Source: Chlamydiales bacterium
GTDB taxonomy: Bacteria; Chlamydiota; Chlamydiia; Chlamydiales; JAAZZY01
Direction: 5' to 3'
DNA: 64,000 nt
Assembly (NCBI GenBank): GCA_965206695.1
Contig: CBDBKM010000011.1
Coordinates: 384,001 to 448,000, forward strand
How positions within the stretch are numbered: position 1 is the stretch's first letter; every line of letters starts with the position of its first letter. The notes under the pieces were generated by a model. That model was not told the DNA's origin and searched no databases. It saw only the letters and a program-made list of their open reading frames with translations. Of this stretch, positions 11,395 through 21,149 are shown in pieces. The position numbers were made by a program, and so were the translations under genes.

Positions 11395-12155
11395 TATTCT
11401 ATTTCCCCAAAAGAAGATTGCTCGACCCAATCATACCCTTTTTCTTCTAAGGTCAAAGCCAATTGAGCATCCCCTGATTGAACAATTTTTCCACCAATCA
11501 TAATATGCACTTTATCGGGTTGGATATAATCTAAAAGCCGTTGATAGTGCGTAATTAAAATAAGGCTCTTATCCTTATCTATTAGAGTCTTGATCCCTTC
11601 GGCTACAATACGTATAGCATCAATATCAAGCCCCGAATCCGTTTCGTCTAAAATAGCAATTTCAGGTTGAAAAATAGCCATTTGTAAGATTTCATTACGT
11701 TTTTTTTCTCCGCCTGAAAAGCCCTCATTAACACTTCTGGTTTTAAACTCTTTTCTCATTTTCATTACCTGCATTTTTTCATCAAGCAAGTCGGTAAAGG
11801 TCTTTCCATCTACCGTATCTTCTCCCTTTGCTTTTAAAAGGGCATTATAAGCTGAAAATAAAAACTGTTCATTGTTGACACCGGGAATTTCTAAAGGATA
11901 TTGAAAGGTCATAAAAAGGCCTAAATGCATCCGCTCTTCAGGTTCTAACTCTAAAATATTTTGATCCTTATAAATAACGGTTCCATCTGTTACTTCATAT
12001 GAAGGATGGCCTGCTAATACTTGAGCTAAAGTTGATTTCCCTGAACCATTTGGCCCCATAATTGCATGAATTTCTCCTTTTTTTACGGATAAATTCAATC
12101 CTTTAATAATCGGGGTGTCTTCAATAGCCACATGTAAATTCTTTATCGTAATCAT
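11394..12155 (-). CDS. sufC: Fe-S cluster assembly ATPase SufC
   Basis: GPNGSGKST, NEGFSGGEKKRNE and LDETDSGLDID motifs. Confidence 0.97.
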   Translation of the reverse strand: MITIKNLHVAIEDTPIIKGLNLSVKKGEIHAIMGPNGSGKSTLAQVLAGHPSYEVTDGTVIYKDQNILELEPEERMHLGLFMTFQYPLEIPGVNNEQFLFSAYNALLKAKGEDTVDGKTFTDLLDEKMQVMKMRKEFKTRSVNEGFSGGEKKRNEILQMAIFQPEIAILDETDSGLDIDAIRIVAEGIKTLIDKDKSLILITHYQRLLDYIQPDKVHIMIGGKIVQSGDAQLALTLEEKGYDWVEQSSFGEIE

Positions 12156-12177
12156 AAATAATTATTTATTCCTTTAT

Positions 12178-13617
12178 TTAACCCACAGAGTGTTCTAATT
12201 TAAGAGTTAAAAGTTTTTGTGCTTCTTGAGCGAACTCTAAGGGTAATTCTTTAATCACATCCTTGCAAAAACCATTAACGATCATATTTATTGCATCCTC
12301 TCTTGATATACCTCTTGATTGAAGATAAAAAAGTTGCTCTTCATTCATCTTCGAGGTTGAAGCTTCGTGCTCTACTTCACTTGAAGAATTATTCACTTCG
12401 ATATATGGAAATGTATTGGCAGAACATTGATTGCCAACTAACATTGAGTCACATTGAGTATAATTTCGTGAATCTTTTGCCCTTTTATTGATTTTAACAA
12501 GTCCACGATATGAATTCGCAGAATGATCCGCTGAAATGCCTTTAGAAATGATTGTCGAATGAGTATTCTTGCCCATATGAATCATTTTTGTTCCGGTATC
12601 CGCTTGCATTGTGCCATTAGTTAAAGCAACAGAGAAAAATTCTCCTTTAGAATAATCGCCTCTTAAAATACAGCTGGGATACTTCCATGTAATCGCAGCT
12701 CCGGCTTCTACTTGAGTCCAGGAAATTTTAGAGTAGTTACCTGCACAAAGTCCTCTTTTCGTTACAAAATTAAAAATACCACCCTTACCTGTTTTCGGAT
12801 CTCCTGCATACCAATTTTGCACCGTAGAATATTTAATTTCAGCTTTCTCATGCGCAACCAATTCCACAACAGCTGCATGTAACTGGTTTTTATCAAAAGC
12901 AGGAGCTGTACATCCTTCCAAATAACTGACATATGATCCTTCTTCAGCAATAATCAAAGTTCTTTCAAATTGACCTGTCTCCCGTTCATTAATTCTGAAA
13001 TAGGTAGATAATTCCATCGGACACATCACTCCTTTGGGTACATAAACAAAAGAACCGTCGGTAAAAACAGCCGAATTTAAAGTCGCATAAAAATTATCGC
13101 CGATAGGGACCACTGAGCCTAAATATTTTTCAATTAAATTAGGGTATTCTTTTACTGCCTCAGAAATAGAACATAAAACAACACCTGATTCTTTCAGTTT
13201 TTTTTGAAATGTCGTTCCAATAGATACTGAATCAAAAACCATATCTACAGCGACGTTGGTTAACCTTTTTTGTTCATTAACAGGAATACCCAATTTCTCA
13301 AAAGTCTTTAATATTTCGGGATCCACTTCTTCTAAAGAACCCAACTTGGGTTTATTTTTAGGCGCTGAATAGTAGCTGAAATTCTGATAATCGATTGCCT
13401 GATATGAAATATTCGGCCATCTTGGTTCAACAGACTGTAGCCATTTACGATAAGCTTTAAGACGAAACTGCAGCATAAAATCCGGTTCTTCTTTCTTCGC
13501 TGAAATAGCGCGAATAACACCTTCATTTAATCCTTTAGCAAAAGTTTCTGTTTCAACTTTCGTTACAAAACCATACTTATATTCTTCTTTAGCCTCAAAT
13601 GAGATGTCCTTATTCAT
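12178..13617 (-). CDS. sufB: Fe-S cluster assembly protein SufB
   Basis: [22 protein letters not shown] and EHEASTSK motifs. Confidence 0.97.
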   Translation of the reverse strand: MNKDISFEAKEEYKYGFVTKVETETFAKGLNEGVIRAISAKKEEPDFMLQFRLKAYRKWLQSVEPRWPNISYQAIDYQNFSYYSAPKNKPKLGSLEEVDPEILKTFEKLGIPVNEQKRLTNVAVDMVFDSVSIGTTFQKKLKESGVVLCSISEAVKEYPNLIEKYLGSVVPIGDNFYATLNSAVFTDGSFVYVPKGVMCPMELSTYFRINERETGQFERTLIIAEEGSYVSYLEGCTAPAFDKNQLHAAVVELVAHEKAEIKYSTVQNWYAGDPKTGKGGIFNFVTKRGLCAGNYSKISWTQVEAGAAITWKYPSCILRGDYSKGEFFSVALTNGTMQADTGTKMIHMGKNTHSTIISKGISADHSANSYRGLVKINKRAKDSRNYTQCDSMLVGNQCSANTFPYIEVNNSSSEVEHEASTSKMNEEQLFYLQSRGISREDAINMIVNGFCKDVIKELPLEFAQEAQKLLTLKLEHSVG

Positions 13618-13824
13618 TTTATTCTTTTAAATGCCTGATGATTGATTCAAATTACTAAATTTTGAAAGCCACTATAGCACTTAATTTTTAAATGTTTCAA
13701 TGTTTTTAAAACCAATTAGAATGAAACCAATACTTCAAAGGATTTTTTCAAATTATTCCAATATTTGTGACGATTTTTTAATTGCCATAATTTCAAGTTT
13801 AAAGTTGATGAAAAGATCAAAAAA

Positions 13825-13992
13825 AAACCTCTGCATAACTGACTTGATAATATTTTTTAAAACTCACTAATTATCTAAACTTATTTTTCATTTATTTTGA
13901 TAAATTTTATAATAAGCAGGCTTTTTATTATGGGTGCAAGGCATCGCATAGGCACCAAGAATCGTTGCCGGAAATCCCTTATACAGAAGTCT
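13825..13992. mobile_element. ~168-bp MITE, AGACCTCTGCATAAC terminal family
   Basis: Ends aaacctctgcataact / ttatacagaagtct; the body is the reverse complement of the interrupted copy at 16235-18027. Confidence 0.75.
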
Positions 13993-14465
13993 TTGAATAT
14001 ATTTCATTTGTTAACAGTGCCATATAAGACAGTTATTTCGATAGGGCTACTGTTGTCATCCAAAAATAAGAAAATTAGGCAAAACTTAAACCCTAAAATA
14101 TTAAATATGGGTAAACTATCCTAGATACAGGTCCCGCTATTTGGTAAAAAACCGGGTTTTTCCTATTACAACGACTTGTTTGTGAATCGAATGCTTCTTA
14201 AGAAACTAATAATCAAATGTTAGAAGATCTATTAAAGAATGTATTAAGTAAAAGAATTCAAGCAAGCAACCTAAAAAAAGGCAAATGTATTAAAATTTTA
14301 TGTTTAAAGACACTTTTCTCAATAAAGCCAACAAATCGCATAACTTTTTAATAATCTGTAAATTACTTGTATTAAAATAGATGTAAGATTTTTTAATTTT
14401 CTTTATAAATGCTAAATAATTAGAAGTTATAATTCATTTTATTAATATAAAGTTATTAGGTATTT

Positions 14466-16019
14466 ATGTATTTAACAAATATTTTTGATAATTTCAGAAA
14501 TCAAACCGTTCAAATAGAAAATAACACGTATGTAATTAGAAGATATAACGACAGAATATGGGGAGTTCGAAAAGCAGATCGAAGTTTATTGAAATACGTT
14601 CCATTAATAAACAGGATTATAATAAACGGGAAAGAAAAAGTAATAAACGGGAAAGAAAAAGTAATAAACGGGAAAGAAAAAGTTGTGCTGCAAAATATCC
14701 TAAAACAACAAAAATTATTTGTTATATTTGTTATTCATACAAAAAAATTGGTTATCCAAAAAGCACGATGCTCTAACCCTTTAAATCAAGTATCTGCGGA
14801 TAATTTTCAAAAAATAGGGCGTTATGAAATAAGAACGAAAAACTTTAAAGAACTTATTAATCTACTAAATGCTCAAACGCAAAAAGGAATAGCAAGTAAA
14901 AAGCATAACGAAAAACCACTACCACTACATATAAAAAAAGATAAGAATTTATTGAATGATGTTGATCTGCGTGGACAAAGTATAGAGGTACGGGTTAAAG
15001 ATACTCAGATAGAGGCACGGGTTAAAGATACTCAGAGGTCGGTTACAAATATTCAAAAAATGAGCGAGGGTATTCAGGAACTGAATCAAGAGGTCCTCTT
15101 GAAACGGCTTGAAGATATCCAGGAGCACAGTAACAATATCCGGAACCTGATTATAAAGATCCAACTTCCGGTTAAAAAGGTTGAGGATCAATATATTAAG
15201 GAGCTGAATGACCATGTCAAAACACAGTTTCAAAAGACCCTGTATCTGCATCAAGATTTCTCTTTGCTTGATCGATATATCGATAAGGTGAATGTAAATG
15301 TCCAAAAACTCAGTAAAAATATCAAGGATAACAATATCAAGGAGCTGAGTATAAATATCCAAAAACAGATTCCGAGTATTCAAGAACAGATTAAGGATAT
15401 CAAGGAGCTGATTATAGATATAGATGATCTCGAGAAGCTGACTAGAGATCTCGAGACTCAAGATATCGAGGAGCGCATTCAAACGATCCAAAATATCGAG
15501 AAGCAAACTCAAGCTATCCACAACATCGGTAAAGATATCCGGAATGGAGCTATCAAGGTGTTGACTAAAGATATCGAAAAGCTGAGTATAAATGTTGAGA
15601 ATCAAAATACGATTTCTGAGTCAGAGGCTACAGAAAAGCCGAAAACATTTAAGACAATAAATAAAAAGGACTTTGTAGGCGTAGTTCATAATGGCATGCT
15701 CATAGTTACTAACAAAAAAAATAAAACAGATTTAAAAGATTTTATAAAATCACTCAAAGAAAATGAATATAAAACATTTAAAAATATGCCCTATTATAAA
15801 AACATAGCTATCATTCCAACAAAAAACTTACATGAAAACAACTGTTTCAAATTTTCTTCAATGCAGCCTCAAGTTCAAATAACCGAATCCGAATATAGAA
15901 CAGTAGAAGTCAACGGAATAGAAGAGCCTATTTCAGTAACCGCAGATGGATTAGAGGCAGCTCAACGAAAATTATCCGAGACGGCGGCTAACGCGCTTAG
16001 AATCGCTGACTACGTCTAG
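14466..16019 (+). CDS. Hypothetical coiled-coil protein with internal repeats
   Basis: 517-aa ORF with INGKEKV x3 (21-bp repeat), RVKDTQ x2 and a long I/Q/K/E heptad-rich region; its last ~14 codons come from a TnpB RNA-end copy. Confidence 0.65.
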   Translation: MYLTNIFDNFRNQTVQIENNTYVIRRYNDRIWGVRKADRSLLKYVPLINRIIINGKEKVINGKEKVINGKEKVVLQNILKQQKLFVIFVIHTKKLVIQKARCSNPLNQVSADNFQKIGRYEIRTKNFKELINLLNAQTQKGIASKKHNEKPLPLHIKKDKNLLNDVDLRGQSIEVRVKDTQIEARVKDTQRSVTNIQKMSEGIQELNQEVLLKRLEDIQEHSNNIRNLIIKIQLPVKKVEDQYIKELNDHVKTQFQKTLYLHQDFSLLDRYIDKVNVNVQKLSKNIKDNNIKELSINIQKQIPSIQEQIKDIKELIIDIDDLEKLTRDLETQDIEERIQTIQNIEKQTQAIHNIGKDIRNGAIKVLTKDIEKLSINVENQNTISESEATEKPKTFKTINKKDFVGVVHNGMLIVTNKKNKTDLKDFIKSLKENEYKTFKNMPYYKNIAIIPTKNLHENNCFKFSSMQPQVQITESEYRTVEVNGIEEPISVTADGLEAAQRKLSETAANALRIADYV

Positions 16020-16086
16020 CTACTTGCGTGTCCTGCAAGTTGTTTCTTCGCTGCGCCTTTTCCTGTTTCAACACATCCCTATCATT
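15974..16086 (-). ncRNA. Orphan copy of the 3' RNA end of the full-length tnpB locus
   Basis: Reverse complement aligns closely with 36117-36222 (aatgataggga.gtgttgaaacaggaaaag...gtagtcagcgattctaagcg...gtctcggat). Confidence 0.8.
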
Positions 16087-16343
16087 CAGGGGTTTCGCGC
16101 AAAGCTATTAAACATTAGCCAAGGTATGCTTCCTATTTAAAGTGATTGCCGTTTTTATAATTTCCCAATCTTGCCGGTAAAAAGATACCTTATCTTTTAT
16201 TCTTCGTTGCCATTTGTTTAACCAAGCATAAATAAGACCTCTGCATAAACGATTCTTGGTGCCTATGCAATGCCTTGCACCCATAAAAAACTGCTTATTA
16301 TAAAACTTATCAAAATAAATGAAAAATAAGTTTAGACAATTAG

Positions 16344-17975
16344 CAAGGCGATTGCATATAAATTATTTTGACTAAGAGATAAGTTATTTGGCATGATGTT
16401 TTTCCAAAAGGAGATTTATCGTGACAATGTTACAAAGTTTACAAACTGCGTGTTCAAATATTAAAGATTTTCGAGTTGAGCGTAATAAGAACTATTCTCT
16501 TAATAGCATTATTTTTATAGTTTTATGTTCTGCTCTTGCCGGTATTGATGATTGGGTAGGCATGGAAGATTACTGCGAAGCTAATTTTGATTTTTTAAAA
16601 AAGCATATTGATTTATCTGAAGGTGTTCCTTCTCACGATACGATTGGTCGTGTAATGAGTCGTATTGATTTCAATATACCCCTTATGAATCAAAGTGCCG
16701 ATTCTAAGACTTGAAAATGATTATTGATTCGTTTCCTCATTGATTGAGCAATAGAGGGCCAAGTATTTTCAAAAAATCCGGTAATCGATCTCCGAAATTC
16801 TTTAGCAGAATTAAAAAACCGATTATTGCGACAATATTCATTCATCACTTTCCATAATCGTTCAATGGGATTGAGGTTAGGACTGTAAGAAGGTAAATAA
16901 TAGAGAATAATACCTTGTTTTTCTGCTTCTTGTTTGGTCTGAATACTTGTATTATAAGGGCCTTGATCTAAAATAAGATGGATATTTGGAGCTGAGAGGT
17001 ATTTTGACCGTAGCAAAGCAAAATGCTTTGCCATGGTACCGCTATTTAATGTTTCATAAGCATCTATTGTTACCTTCATACTGTTTAAATTGATAGACCC
17101 CATAAGATTCATTCGAGTACGAGAAGCTGTTGTTGCAATCAATTTATCTGTTCCCGGTCGAATCCAACCATAAGAAATTTTAGTTGCCATAGTTGGATGT
17201 ACACCATCAGCAAATTCAACAGGCTCATTTTTAGGCAGAGATGCCATAAGCTTGGCGTAAAATTGCATCCAAGCTTTTTGTTGATCAGAATTTGCCTTAG
17301 CCGGTGTACCTTTAGGCTTTTTATAGGAAAAACCATGTGAGTGTAGCCAAGAAGTCATCCTTGAAATCGTATAAACAATGCCATATTTCGCGAGAACATA
17401 AGAACAGATATCTTCTACTTTGACATAGGTATGAGTTGTTAAATGTTTAATGAATTCTTCTGACTGTGGCGCAAGAAGTTTACTGACTGAACCACCGCTT
17501 TCTACATGCAATTGCTGTTTATTTTGATATTCTTTAATGTGACGAGACACTGTTTCATCGTCTAAAAGCACAGCTTCAGCAATACGAGTATTACTCCAAC
17601 CTTTATTCGACAATAGAACAGCCTTGATACGATCTCGTATACGACCATTCTTTTCTCGTTTATGTTGCTGTCTGAGATGCTTTTTTTCTGATAGTGTTAA
17701 GAATGAATTCATACAAAATAATTTACACTATACGAATACAAAATATCCGGAGTTTTATTCGTGATGAGTATAGATGTTACTTTTAATGAAGATAAGTCGC
17801 AAATTTACAAAGACAATGCTCCTAAAAATATGAATATCATTAGAAAGTGGGCTCTTAATTTAATCAATAAAACGAAAGGAAAGCTTAGCATTAGAAGAAT
17901 GCAAAACCGAATGAAAATGACAGGATCTAGATTAGTAGAGATTTTAAACAATAAAATTTAAATGCAATCGCCCTG
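16344..17975 (+). mobile_element. ISAs1-family element, disrupted and internally deleted
   Basis: TIR caaggcgattgcat / atgcaatcgccctg; 10-bp TSD agacaattag; N-terminal (GVPSHDTIGRV) and C-terminal (DVTFNEDKS) transposase pieces either side of an IS630. Confidence 0.9.
16677..17770 (-). mobile_element. IS630-family element type a (1094 bp), intact 340-aa transposase 16690..17712
   Basis: TA at both flanks; FADGVHP, LDQGPYN and LPSYSPNLNPIERLW motifs; near-identical to 27239-28332 and 46142-47242. Confidence 0.95.
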
Positions 17976-18031
17976 AGACAATTAGTGAGTTTTAAAAAAT
18001 ATTATCAAGTCAGTTATGCAGAAATCTTTAG

Positions 18032-18115
18032 TTGAGAGTAAAAAATCAACTAGCCATCATTACCGGAGCAAAGCGTAGCATAGGAAAAAGTATAGCCCAA
18101 GTCTTTGCAAAGTGA
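18032..18115 (+). pseudogene. Short-chain dehydrogenase N-terminal fragment
   Basis: Translates LRVKNQLAIITGAKRSIGKSIAQVFAK*, resembling the SDR TGxxxGIG motif. Confidence 0.5.
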
Positions 18116-18132
18116 GTGGGGGATTATGTGTA

Positions 18133-18317
18133 TACCGGGTGGGGCAGTTGGTATGTTACACCTTTGAAGATCCTATCGAAGCCGGAAAGCATGGGATTTG
18201 GTTGAAAACCGTACAAGTTTCCCTGCGGGAGTTTTTATTGTGAAAACCACTCTTTGTTCCTCCGGCAGCGATCATTGAATTAAAAATCCCTTCCCTTTAG
18301 AATTTGGAGACTGTCAA
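18133..18317 (+). ncRNA. TnpB right end / omegaRNA-like module (long form)
   Basis: Aligns with the reverse complement of 33398-33580, including the internal insert (agcatggg..tggttgaa.a.cgta...tttttattg..aaaacca); ends ctgTCAA. Confidence 0.7.
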
Positions 18318-18321
18318 GAAT

Positions 18322-18362
18322 TTCCATTTCCTCTACTTAAGTTATAAGAAAAGGAAATGGAA
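18322..18362. terminator. Hairpin downstream of the 749-aa gene
   Basis: Inverted repeat ttccatttcct / aggaaatggaa. Confidence 0.35.
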
Positions 18363-18369
18363 TCATTGA

Positions 18370-20619
18370 TTACACCTGCATTTCATAAAATGAAAAATCA
18401 AAAAGGTTTCCAAAGTTATTTTTAAGTTTCGATTGCAAAGTAGTGGAATGAATTCCTTTTATACGACCATCAATAGTCTTTAACATATTCATCATACGAT
18501 AATAGCGCTGTCCTGCTACTAATCGCTCCCTGATAACCAGAGGCATCGCAAAAGTCATTGAATAGATTCTATTAATATCTTCCTCATAAAGTTTTCCTTT
18601 ACTGAGAAGATTTAAAAAAGCATAAAATTGAGTTTGGACCGTTCCGCCAATATCAATACTGTCTTTACAAGTTAAACTAAATGAATTCACTTGAGTCAAG
18701 TCAATAATTTTTAATTCGATAAAGCAATAAGCAATATCGATAAATTCTTGTCTTTCTTTTACTGATAATACGTTTTTATTTGAAAAAAAGAAATGGTGTA
18801 CTCCTTTAAATAATCCATCAATAAAGCCACCGGAAAATAAAAGATTAAAAATCCATTTTGGAAAGTAAAACCCACAATCTTCACTCATCAAATGCTCTTT
18901 AAATTGTTCTATGAATAACTTGCTTTCATTTAAAGTATCATAGGGTGGATATTGATGATAAAAATCTGAGTCATGATTGAGCGTCACTACATTCAGACTA
19001 TCAGCAAATTCTGCAAATAACTGGGTCTGCTCCAAAGCATAACAACGTTTAAACTCTTTCCAGGAATTCCTATTTTGTAAATTAATAATTAAATGCTTAT
19101 TTTTAGCCGATTCAAACTGAATTGCTTTTAAATAGGACTTAAACTCATCAGTAATTTCTACTTCTCGCACATTTTTCTGAAATGTAGGAGAAGGAAGACG
19201 TATACAACTGATATGGTTTTGGCCTATTTGCATTTTATAAAAGATACCGGGAAGATTCCATTGACTAAGTGTATCAAAAGCACGAGGTATCCCTTCTTCT
19301 AACGAATGCAGGGTATGATATAGGGGCCCATTTGGAAAATTTTGCATTATCCTGCTAAAAATGGCATAGTCTTCTTCGAATGTATCCCATATGCTTTTTT
19401 CTTTTTTTGCAGATTCTTTTATCGGCTTTCTTCCAAAAACAATTTTACCTTCTTCAAGAATTTCATCTAAATTATGTTTTAGATTCTTTATTTCAATCGC
19501 ATGTTCAAACAAACTAATACTAAGTATTTGAATAATGTCTAAAATACTGTTTAGAAAACGATTCGATTTGGGAGGTGGATAACCATTTAGCTTAATATAT
19601 TCATCTGTATGTATCCCTTCTCGTAAGTAATATTGAAAATCCTGAAAATAGTTTAAACAGCATTTACTATATTCATTTTTATAACAGTTTTTTGGATTAG
19701 CACACATCATCAAAGACATAACCGCTTTATTTATTGATGATACAACTCCCATTTCTTTTAATTTCAAAGCTTCTTGATAAAACTCGCATAAATAAGGTTG
19801 GATGGATTTTAAGATGTGTTGCGCTGAATGACAAATGCTATTGTCATACCATCTTTTCATTAAAATAATGGGATTTTCAGTTTTCTCCTTCCCGAGAAGT
19901 TCACTGAAACTACAAGCTAGTTTTAAATTTCGTATTAATGCCTTATTATAAAAAGGACTCCCATCCTCTTTTTCCATAAATAATAGTTCATAGTCATTAT
20001 CATCTTTGATACTCTCTACCTCTAAAAAGGCTTGTTTTTCTTTTCTTAAGATCAATGCCTCTGTTCCGGAATCTCTCTCTTCTTCTTCATTTTCTTTAGT
20101 AACTCTTTTAGCTAAGTCTATTAAATAAGGTCTTTTTCCTTCTTCCTCTACAGCAACCCTTTCTCGATAAAAATTATCTAATTGCTTAAATTCCCTCGTC
20201 CTGGAAACTCCATGTTTATGAACACCTCTAAATAAATGGGTATAATTGTCTAATTTTTTTGAAGCTGTTCCAACGAGCTTCATTATTCTATGAATCCCTT
20301 TTTGATTCTTTTCTTCATAAAAACGAGTAAATTCTTTTTTATAGAAATCCTTTACATAATTTAAAACGGTTGAAAAAGTATCTTTGATTAATTCTTCTGT
20401 CTGTTTATCCCCTGCATCTGAAGTCCAATGAATACCGCTTTGTTCAAATTCCTCTATTTCCATTAATTCATCACCCGCTTGCACTACTATATGGTTGTCA
20501 TCAGTAATACCAATATGATCTTCCTTATGCATGTCGGCTAAGCTCGTAAGGTTCTCCACGGCTTCCATAATGCTCATATCATGCTCTTGCGAGCTGTTAT
20601 TATTCCTTTTATCTGACAT
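18370..20619 (-). CDS. Conserved-looking hypothetical protein, 749 aa
   Basis: Long uninterrupted ORF; C-terminal FSLTCKDSID motif; function not recognised. Confidence 0.8.
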   Translation of the reverse strand: MSDKRNNNSSQEHDMSIMEAVENLTSLADMHKEDHIGITDDNHIVVQAGDELMEIEEFEQSGIHWTSDAGDKQTEELIKDTFSTVLNYVKDFYKKEFTRFYEEKNQKGIHRIMKLVGTASKKLDNYTHLFRGVHKHGVSRTREFKQLDNFYRERVAVEEEGKRPYLIDLAKRVTKENEEEERDSGTEALILRKEKQAFLEVESIKDDNDYELLFMEKEDGSPFYNKALIRNLKLACSFSELLGKEKTENPIILMKRWYDNSICHSAQHILKSIQPYLCEFYQEALKLKEMGVVSSINKAVMSLMMCANPKNCYKNEYSKCCLNYFQDFQYYLREGIHTDEYIKLNGYPPPKSNRFLNSILDIIQILSISLFEHAIEIKNLKHNLDEILEEGKIVFGRKPIKESAKKEKSIWDTFEEDYAIFSRIMQNFPNGPLYHTLHSLEEGIPRAFDTLSQWNLPGIFYKMQIGQNHISCIRLPSPTFQKNVREVEITDEFKSYLKAIQFESAKNKHLIINLQNRNSWKEFKRCYALEQTQLFAEFADSLNVVTLNHDSDFYHQYPPYDTLNESKLFIEQFKEHLMSEDCGFYFPKWIFNLLFSGGFIDGLFKGVHHFFFSNKNVLSVKERQEFIDIAYCFIELKIIDLTQVNSFSLTCKDSIDIGGTVQTQFYAFLNLLSKGKLYEEDINRIYSMTFAMPLVIRERLVAGQRYYRMMNMLKTIDGRIKGIHSTTLQSKLKNNFGNLFDFSFYEMQV

Positions 20620-21149
20620 AACGTACCTATTTGGGTTATTATATTTACTCCCCCTATTAGCTTATTTTACTAAAATTACAGATTAATAAAAATTAGAAAA
20701 ACCTTTAAACTACTTAATTAAGAGATAAAGTTTTTTATTAATAATTAATATTAATTAATCGCAATATCTGATATAATTAATTAAATTCTATTTTTTTAAT
20801 AATTTGGTTATAAATCACTTACATCTTAATCTTCTATATTTTGGCTTTTTTCATTTTTAATCACTAATTTTTATTTTTTAACTAACTGATAATTAATTAT
20901 TTAATTGTAAAAAAACTAAAAGATTTCTTAAGAAGCAAAGGTTGTAGCTTTTAAAAAAAGCCCGATCCTTAATGTCTATAATTAAATCTTTTAGATACAT
21001 TAAAATGCATCTTATTAATTATTAATAATTTAGACAGTTTAAAAAATGCAATAATTTGATTCCGACAGTTTTTTTAGACATTTTCATTGGTAAGAGTATA
21101 TAGAGAAATTAAAGGAAGTTTATCAGGCAAATTAAGGACTCTATATACA

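Larger units (their letters stand above)
16235..18027. mobile_element. ~150-bp MITE (AGACCTCTGCATAA family) split by ISAs1
   Basis: Left part 16235-16343 and right part 17976-18027 together match 13825-13992 in inverted orientation. Confidence 0.75.

Noticed and set aside
14949..15605. 218-aa Leu/Ile-rich minus-strand ORF
   Set aside because: Antisense reading of the repetitive coiled-coil gene; no independent evidence.
20640..21080. Very AT-rich stretch as a replication origin
   Set aside because: No clustered DnaA boxes seen; it fits a divergent promoter region.
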